A DNA stretch of 64,000 bases from Camelus dromedarius. Lineage: Eukaryota. Position 1 is the first letter of the stretch, and every line of letters begins with the position of its first letter. The position numbers and the translations under genes are program-made. Shown here piece after piece: positions 55,801-64,000 of the stretch. The notes under the pieces are model-generated. The model saw only the letters and a program-made list of their open reading frames with translations. It did not search any database and was not told the origin of the DNA. The stretch is taken from NCBI RefSeq assembly GCF_036321535.1, contig NC_087437.1, positions 17,858,001 through 17,922,000 on the forward strand, given 5' to 3'.

Positions 55801-56769
55801 TTTTATTTATCATCTTTACACTTTAACCCCTGAAAAAATCTCATGTATTTTTAGGTGTGATCTTCACTATTACCACCAGGAAGCAAGATTATTAGAATTA
55901 AGTGCTTAAATACATATTTGTGTGTGAATGACACAGAATTTGTTTTTCTCACTGAGTTGTTTCTCCAGGTAATTTTCACAAAATCTGACCCAAAAAATGG
56001 GTGATCCTCCTTAAGGGAATAAATTTTAAAATAATACTAAAAATTAGAGCCTAATGTATGAGTACACTAGTACAACACCTTTTCTACTTATAATTATTAA
56101 GAGATTTAAAAAATTACTATTCCTGATAACTTCAGTATCAAATAACTTATTTCAACTATTCTAATGAAATAAAAGGTCTACAGCATCTTATACAGCTCCT
56201 TGCTTTTCTAAAATAGAGAAAAGTGGACATAAAAACTTCTGAAAGACTCAAGATTACCATTATTACCATCAATTTTGCAGTATTTATTTTTTTAAACTGA
56301 AAAGAAAAGATGAATGTAGTCAAAATTTCTCATGGATTAATGCCAGAACAAAGACAATAGTTTGGAGATTAAATTCATAGAGAAAGTCAGCCAAGTGTCA
56401 TTTTGTAGACATAATAGGGGCAGGAACTAGAAATCTTCAGCCAGATTAATTTTAATTGTATTGAGGAGAGCAGTGGGAAGTGGGACAGAGAATAATTGGA
56501 GAGTGATTAGAGTTCAAACGAAGATTATCTCAGAACAATGGACAGCTCCTTCTCCACACCATTCTCCACAATAACCACTCCTACCTGTGCTAAGGCTACA
56601 TTTTTCATAAGAGGCTGAGGAATAACATAATCAGCCCCATATCCCCTAGGAACTCCTAAGTGGCTTGGACCCTCTACCAAGTGTCTGCATTGGTGTCAAT
56701 ATCTGGGACTCATCAAATGACTTTCAAACCACTGTCATCATCATCATCTTCATGATCAGCAAAGCTGAC

Positions 56770-56960
56770 ATTTACACCAAATACTTTACTTATATTATCT
56801 CATTCAATCCTCACAAAATCAATATGAGATCATTAGCATTATTTTGCAGATGAGGGAACTGAGGTTTAGAAATGTTTTGTGACCGGTGCCATCAGGTCAC
56901 ATAATAGGGACAACATGGAGGTGGGAAAGCCCATGATCATTATCATTGAGCTACACTACT
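56770..56960 (-). mobile_element. MIR
   Basis: tatctcattcaatcctcacaa..attttgcagatgagggaactgagg. Confidence 0.75.
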
Positions 56961-56999
56961 CCTAGTCCTATGAAGAGTTTTTGTCCTAGGAGGTAGACC

Positions 57000-58740
57000 C
57001 CTGACACCAGTATTTATGTCCACATTTACCTCCATGATCTGTCAATTCCCTTCTCTCCCAGTTTCACATCCGCCTTCTGCTCAAATCATCCCCTCCACAT
57101 CTCTGTGCACCTATGCACCCCACGAGTATGGGTACATCTCTTTCTACTGCTCCATCCTCCACTTATTAAATTAGTGCTGTCTTTGATCACAGCCTTTTCA
57201 CCTTTCCTACTTCCCCATTTCCACCAAGCCTCTTTCACCATCTCCTCCCTCCTATGCCTCTTCCTGACCTCCACTCATTTGGCTTAACCATCAACTTACC
57301 TGATTTCACCAATTTCATGAGTCTTCTTCTGGCAATGCTTAGTCTTCACACCTGGGGCAGCTATTTTAACCTGGCTCTCAGCCACCCCAGATTCCCATAT
57401 CTCCTCCCTCACAAACCATGGTTCACAGCCCTCTTCCCTCCTCCTGCTCTACATGCTGCTGCTGAATACAGACAGATTAAGTTCACTTAGACTTGCAGAA
57501 GATGATGATGAAGTCAAAAAACTCAGCCACTCTCTCCTCACGTGTGATGCTTGGCAAAAATTTGATTCATCTCTTCATTTTCCCCTACTTCTTAAAATTA
57601 ACATTGTAATCCCCCTTTGCTTTCCTGGGCCCACATTTTAGGACTCCACTACAGGAGAATAAAGGATCCCAAGTCCTACTTTGAGGTCATCCAAGTTACA
57701 CTCATTCACCTGTTGTTTTCATCCCTTAACATTTGTGGTTGTCCACACTCATTTTCTTTCCTTGATTTCTAAAAGAAAGAGATGGTATCTTTACTATCAT
57801 ATGGATTGTGAAGTCTGTGCTCTGGAGCCCAAACATTCCTTCGCATTCAGGAAACTTGTTGTCAAATTATCCTCATTCAGTGTTTCCAGCTCTCTTTGTA
57901 GGCTCTTTCCTTCAAAGACTCACAGGTCTCCTCCATCTCGGGGAACTCTGATTTCTTTGGTTCTGATCACCATTTTAAAGACTTCCCTCCTTATCTCTTT
58001 TCTTTCACTGGCACAGTTTTTGGATGGACTACTTTCTACAATTTGATACCTCTTTCCACCAACCTCCAGATACACATTATTTCTCTTCTAATGACTCTCA
58101 TAAGAGTCCTTTCTCAAATTCAGTGGCCCTTTCTCTGTCATTGTTTTCCTTGATCTTTCTGAAATAAAGTATTGTGTTTTCCACCTCATTTTTCTTACAG
58201 TCTCCTCCCCTAGCTTTCTATTATACTGAATTTAGTTTGTTTTCCTTCTCTTTCTTTAGACAGTCCTCTATTTCCTTTCTTCATCACCACACTCTCTAAT
58301 CTCCCTATTCACAGGTCTTTAATGACTACAGTCTTTTTCTTTGTCAATTAACTCTTACCATTCCAGCTGTGCTGATAAAATAAATCCTCCTCCCTTGATA
58401 TTACACCTAACACAGTCCCATTTCTTCCACTATCTGAAGGACATCTTCTTAGATGTTCTCCACCCACTCAAATCGATACACAAGATTGTTGCTTCTCAGA
58501 ATAGTCTACACACATACAGACACATGCAAACATCATAAAGTCACCATTCCTCATCACCATTTCCTGTTGTCATTGTTGATTCTATTTTTTTAAAATGTTC
58601 CCCACGTCCCCCCTCCTCCCTATTCTAAAACTAGCTCCGGCCATCAGCATGTTGTGCTTTTGTAACAACTTAACTCTACTCCTTCCTCTCTGTTCTCTCT
58701 GATTTATCCTGTATTTCTTCCCAGCTCAATCTTTCCTTCG
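57000..58740 (+). mobile_element. Long degraded L2 ORF2 remnant
   Basis: C/T-rich L2-like text (aaattcagtggcccttctctgtcattg..ccttgatctttctg; ttccactatctgaaggacatc..cccactcaaa). Confidence 0.55.
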
Positions 58741-59104
58741 GAAAATGGTTTGTTTTATTGCCAAATTAATTCCTTTCATTTTAGAAATGTCAAAAATAAA
58801 GATATAAAACAGAAAAGAGTAAATGCCACGGATAAGCCTATCATCAGATATGACCACTGTTAATATTTTGATGTATTATCCTTCCAATATTTTTAATACA
58901 TACTTTTCCAATTTTTTACAAAATGGCATCATATGCTGTGTTTAAAATTTAAACACATATCATGCATATTATCAATGTCAGAAAGAACCCTTCATCACCA
59001 CATCATTTTAATGGCAGCAAAGCATTTCCTCTTGTGGATGAAATATAGTTACTTAACCATTTCCTTTATGCTTAACATTCACTTTGTTTTCAAGTGCTTA
59101 AATT

Positions 59105-59260
59105 CTTTTTTTATTGAAGTATAGTCAGTTTACAATGTTGTGTCAATTTCTGATTACAGCTTAATAGTTCAGTCAGACATATAGATACATATATTCGTTT
59201 TCATATTTTTATTATAGGTTACTATAAGATATTGAATAGAGTTCTCTGTGTTATACAGTA
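59105..59260 (-). mobile_element. Young L1 3' stub with TSD
   Basis: tttattgaagtatagtcagtttacaatgttgtgtcaatttctg; TSD ttcaagtRcttaaatt at 59089-59104 and 59261-59276. Confidence 0.9.
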
Positions 59261-59556
59261 TTCAAGTACTTAAATTTTATCAACAATACCGTGATGAGCA
59301 TTCTTAAAGTTAAATCTTTGTGCACATTTGTGCTTTTATTTAAGCACAACTGCTGAGTCAAAGTGTAGAAATATTTTTATTAAAGGCTTTTGACATAAAC
59401 TGAAAAATTGCCCTTCAAAAAGGTTATAACTATTTGGAATTCCACTAGCACTGCTTGAAAAATGCCAACTTTCTTGTACCTCATGCACACTAGGTAACAT
59501 GTTTCAAAGGCTACGCCAACCTGGTTAGTGAAATGGTTAACGGAAGTTGAATCTCA

Positions 59557-59642
59557 ATCTCTCTCTCTCTCTTTTTTAATGGAGGTACAGGACCTCGTGC
59601 ATGCTGAATATGCACTCTACCACTGAGCCACTTCCCTCCCCC
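59557..59642 (-). mobile_element. Vic-1-type SINE lacking its B-box segment
   Basis: aatggaggtac|aggacctcgtgcatgct..tgcactctaccactgagc; the ggggattgaaccc segment is missing. Confidence 0.8.
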
Positions 59643-60451
59643 TGAAGTCAAGTCTCTTTTCATGTTTGCTAGTCATCTGCAGTCAACCTAGTAGAAAAAA
59701 AATAAGAGCCCAGTTGTGTACATATTGCATTTCACATGGGAGGGAGGAAAGGAGAGTGGGGAGAAAGCTGGGGAGCTAGGTTAGAGCTCCAGTTCTCCTG
59801 GCGGAGTCTCAGGACCAGCTAATCCCCCTCATCTTTTAACACATAGACTGTTGAAATCCCTTCCATTAGAGATCTCTCTCTCCCTCCCTCTCCTCTTCCC
59901 TCTCCCTCCCTCTGTCTCTCTCTCTCCTTGCTAACCCAACTAAATAATACCTAATGTTTTGAGGAAAGGCAGCACATGTGCACCGTTTCTTCATTCCTTC
60001 TATTAGCTTCAAAGCACCCTTTAAAACATGCCATTTCAATGAGAGTTATACAGCTGTCAGCTCACCGTCTCGTCTGGCTTTTGCACACCCAGAGTGAGAT
60101 CTCCAGCACTATGCTCATTATAGAACTCCACTCCAACTAAACAACTTGGATACACTATGAAGTCCACTGAGCAGGGTTTGACTGCTATGGAAATGTGTTT
60201 GCCTTTGATCCTGGCAAAATGTGATTGTTGGAAATTTGGGATCTGTCAGAAAGGAAGGGAGGTTTCAAAGGAGGTGGATGCGGTGGAAAGATATGTCTTG
60301 GGGAAGACAGAGAAGAATGATCGGTGTGGAGACATAAGAGAGGTCTGAAAACAATAGAAACAAAGAACAGTCACTGTCATCTCCCAAAGTGTTTATCATT
60401 CTCACCACCATCCTTTATATAGCATCCTACTCTCCGTCCAGTCAACTTTGG

Positions 60452-62160
60452 ATGTGGTTTCTTATTATAATTGAAGTCTTAAATTCTACCTTCTCCCTCA
60501 GTGTTAGGGTAAGGGAAAGTGTTTAATCCTCTCTCCTGGGGGTTGACAAAAATGACCTGGGATTTGAAATATGACACAGCACAGAGCTGTGGAAGGAGAG
60601 CTAACATAATTTTTGCTTTTCTGAAATCTGATATACCGACTGACTTCTTTCATTTGTAACTTCACTTAAACTAAAAGGAAGAATTCATTCTTGTAATTTC
60701 TCTAAAATGTGTAGGTAGGCTTCCATTTGGTTATCCTGGGCTTTTCAATTCTAAAATCTCAAGCCTAGAAGGAAAGTCACATGGCCCTGTCTTCTCATTC
60801 TATGCTTCAGGTAAGGTAAGTGCCAAGGCTTTAGGATGCTTCCAGGCTCCCTCTGCAACCACGTGGAGGAGTAAGAACTGGAACCGAGCTCCTGAGTCGG
60901 TGCCCAGAGATCTCAGGACACAGCCAGTTTCCTGATAAACATCCCAGGGACGCGTCTTTCCCTTAGGGGTGCGAAGCCGGAAAGTGAAGCAGAAATCAAC
61001 TCCACGGAGTCAAGGGCCGAGTCTTTTGTAAAGGGTTTCTTCCCTCTGCATTTCCCTCCACCAGATTCTCCCCCGACACTCATCCCTCCTTTCATCCTTT
61101 CCTTCAGAAGATTTGACCTGAATCTGTTCAGTTTGTAAGTTCAAAATCTAGAGCAGGAGTGACTTTTCCCTTTAAAGACTATTAGTTGATTATCTTCATA
61201 ACTTGTAATGCCTACATTTTCTTTAGCAATTTTTAGCTCATATGCGATTAATCCTTGGTGATAATTTGACAGCTTAAGTGACACATTTCTAAAGAAGCTG
61301 TAATTAATTTTAATGCACAGCTCATTTTTTTCTAATTTCACACTTACATTTATCTCATTATATATGTTGGATTAAAGATATCAATGGTTCATTTGTGCAA
61401 AACATACATATTTTAAGTCTCACTGCTGGAATGAGGTAGGAAACTTTGAAAACATACATTTAACATTTTCCAAAATTTCTGGACACAAAACTTATAAACC
61501 TTCATCAAGTTTATTTACTACATTCAATTTAAAAAAATCGGAAACTCAAAGCCTAACAAAAATTCAATTCAATTCCGAGACTAAGAAATAGGTCTGGTGG
61601 CTTTTGCCCAATTCTCTCTCCTCCCTGTCACACACTTGGGCATCTTCACTCTGGTTATAGGGTGGCTATCCTAAAAATTATCACATAGTGAAATACACAT
61701 CACTGAGAGTGTGGGCAGAGGGGTGTGGGGCAAACACCAAGAACAGCTAAACATTATCAAAAACTAAGACAGGGTCCAAGGACAAGATACCAGAGAGGGC
61801 TGATGTCTTCATTAAATGTCACCCCAAGATTCCAAGGAGGACAAGGACCCGCCCATGGGAAATTTACCTTCCTATTTTCCCTGGTCTCCCTCATTCCCAC
61901 TGTAGGAGGCTTCCGAGTGCCTGTCACACCTGCTTTTTGCAGCTGTTTCTTCTGTGCATATTTTTGAAACATGGTTCATTTTTTTATATTTTATTTTATT
62001 TTTTGTTGAGGGGGTAGGTAATTAGGTTTATTTATTTATTTATTTTTAGAGGAGGTACTGGGGTTGAACCCAGGACCTCATGCATGCTGAGTGTGTACTC
62101 TACCACTAAGCTATACCCTCCCCATGGTTCATTTTCAATATGTTTTCGTGGGCCCTACAT
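60452..62160 (+). pseudogene. Decayed TCR-like gene, unit 2: leader, germline-joined VJ exon, C1 remnant, Cys micro-exon, TM exon
   Basis: MWFLIIIEVLNSTFSLSVR|GTAAGG (60452-60514). V: ISLKC..GK..GPVFSFY..GCFQA..SKN/TELL/QDTASF..PGTRLSLRG|GTGCG (to 60968). C1: PESEAEI..ESFVKGFFPLH (60974-61051). 27-nt exon EDLT*ICSV (61108-61134). TM exon from 61906: FLQLFLLCIFLK..FNMF. Confidence 0.65.
61983..62122 (-). mobile_element. Vic-1-type SINE with perfect 13-bp TSD
   Basis: gaggtactggggttgaacccaggacctcatgcatgct..ctctaccactaagctataccctcccc; TSD catggttcatttt at 61970-61982 and 62123-62135. Confidence 0.92.
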
Positions 62161-62399
62161 CTTTCAGGAAATCTTTCACAGCTTCAGATGTTCCAAGGGA
62201 TCTTCTTACTTTGTGGCTATTAGAAGATACACAACCAACATCATACTTCAATACAAAAATGTGTTCTCAAACAAGAATCACTAAATCTTTGAATGAAACC
62301 TAATATCAATAGAGCCAGTAACCTCAACAAACGGAGGGGATGTTACGTAAGAAAGTATAATGAATAGAATTATTCAGAATCAGGGCAGTAGATTCATTT

Positions 62400-63480
62400 A
62401 AATTAATTTCCATAAAAATATAATGCTTGTGGATGTACATATGTATACACACCCGTATGTGTGTGAAGTAATCAATTCGAGGTAATAGATATTAAAAATT
62501 AGATTGTTGAAGAAATTCAATAGACAGTCTACAGAGAAAAATGCACTTGGCAGAAAAATGATGAATGATCTGGAAGTTTAAGTGGAGGAATCTTACCGGA
62601 ATGCAGCAGACATGAATAAATATGTAAAAGTATGAAAACAAAACTAAGAGGTAGGGCCAAAAGATCCAGAAGTTCCATCATCTGAATAAAAAGAGTTCAG
62701 AAGAAGAAAATAAAGAAAATGCTAGGGAGTAGATACATGAACGTATAGGTAAAATTTCCAAAAATTGAAAAAAGATGACATAAGCCCATCTGATTAAAGG
62801 CTTTGCAAGTGTTAAGCAGAATAAAGGTCAAACACATGCACGCAAACACGCACGCACACATATACACCTATTCACGTCATGGTGAAATTTCAGAACACCA
62901 AGAAAAAAGAAGATCCTAAAAGCTTTCACCAAAAAGTGAAACAGATTGTGTAGAAAGAAACAAGAATAAAAGAGCCAGCAGGCCATACGAGTTAAGAGCT
63001 GGAAGTGTGTGAATCTGAATTCTAGTTCTACCATTTGCAAACAGTGTGACTTCAGACAAGCTCTTTACCCTCTTTGTTCTTCATTTTCCTTATTTGAAAA
63101 GTTGGATAACACCTCCCTCACAGGGTGGCTAAAGGAACAAATGAGTGAATATTTAGAAAGCACATGGAACAACGTCTGACACGCAGGATATATTATTAAA
63201 ATATAATATATAATTATATTCTATATAATTAACGTCTGGCACATAGGATATTCTATATAATTGTTTGTCAAATAAAATTGAAATGAGACTTCTTATAAAC
63301 AATTCTGGGTGGAGGGAGGCAGTAAATCAATAATTTCAAAGCTTTAAAGAAAAATACTTTTGAATATAGAACACTATGCCCACCCAAACTATCATTCAAG
63401 AGTGAGCACAAATAAATACATATTCAGAAAGTTAAGGACAAATTCATCATCCACGGACTCTCTGATGGAAAGTTCTCCAG
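62400..63480 (+). mobile_element. Old L1ME/HAL1-like ORF1 remnant
   Basis: agatccagaagttccatcatctgaataaaaagagttc..ggtgaaatttcagaacacc..cccaaactatcattcaagagtgag. Confidence 0.6.
62975..63190 (+). mobile_element. MIR
   Basis: ctgaattctagttctaccatttgc..tgtgacttcagacaag..ttttccttatttgaaaagttggataacacc. Confidence 0.7.
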
Positions 63481-64000
63481 CAGGAAGGATGTGCTTTAAT
63501 AGTATAGGAATTGGAACAGATGTCATACTTAAATATCTTTATCATACAGATAAAAAAAAGTCAACACCCAAAGAGATCAAATGATTTTATAATAATCATG
63601 TAGCTATTAAATGTAAGAGTCAAGATTGAATCCAGATGTCCTGACTATGACACACTAATTTTTTTTCTCCCCTTTTTGTAACAAGAATTCATAGATAATT
63701 AGGTCTGTTAGGGGTTCCAGCTTCTTCTATGACACCAAGATCCTAATGCTGTAGGAATGTAAACGTATAACAAACTCCACAAGGGTTTGAAAATTTTTTT
63801 TAAGTTCTATCAGTGATAAATTGAATGTTTTGTCAAGGGTCTATTCATTGTCAACCTCAGTGTCATCAGCATCTCCATTTTCTTTGTACTAGGGAGCAGT
63901 ACACATTTGCACTAAGCAGTTAAGAATGGTATTGATTAATACGGCTTAAATTACCCAAGTTGCTCCTCCAAGCTCTGATCATTAGTCCTAGGGACACCTG

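Noticed and set aside
60977..60990. ETS/IRF-like motif CCGGAAAGTGAAGC
   Set aside because: Coincides with the PESEA codons of the C1 relic; no independent support for regulatory use.
60452..62160. Retrocopy of a rearranged TCR-beta mRNA as the explanation for unit 2
   Set aside because: Leader, hinge and TM segments are separated by intron-like sequence with splice sites, no poly-A or TSD brackets the unit, and the TM looks alpha/delta-like. Disfavoured but not formally excluded.
1..64000. RSS-flanked rearranging gene segments, CRISPR arrays, rRNA or prokaryote-type systems
   Set aside because: The CACAGTG heptamers I saw are scattered, mostly in repeats, and none lies at a V-like exon end; there are no spacer arrays or rRNA-like sequence.

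Overview
AT-rich, repeat-dense mammalian genomic DNA, almost certainly camelid, judged by four tRNA-derived SINEs of the Vic-1 type. I find no intact multi-exon protein-coding gene. Most of the window is L1 (old L1M families plus short young 3' stubs), L2, MIR, solo LTRs (MER41-like, ERV1, MER21, MLT1) and a Tigger2-type element. There is also an unusually long ancient CR1 relic with recognisable endonuclease and RT motifs. The main discovery candidate, from manual translation only, is a pair of heavily decayed + strand genes at about 45.9-48.5 kb and 60.45-62.15 kb. Each shows leader, germline-joined VJ Ig domain, C1/hinge and transmembrane exons. Unit 2 carries a TCR-beta-like C1 motif and a TCR-alpha/delta-like TM motif. 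They look like fossils of non-rearranging antigen-receptor-like genes. A weaker third relic may lie near 12 kb. Repeat family names and boundaries were assigned by eye and need RepeatMasker/Dfam confirmation.
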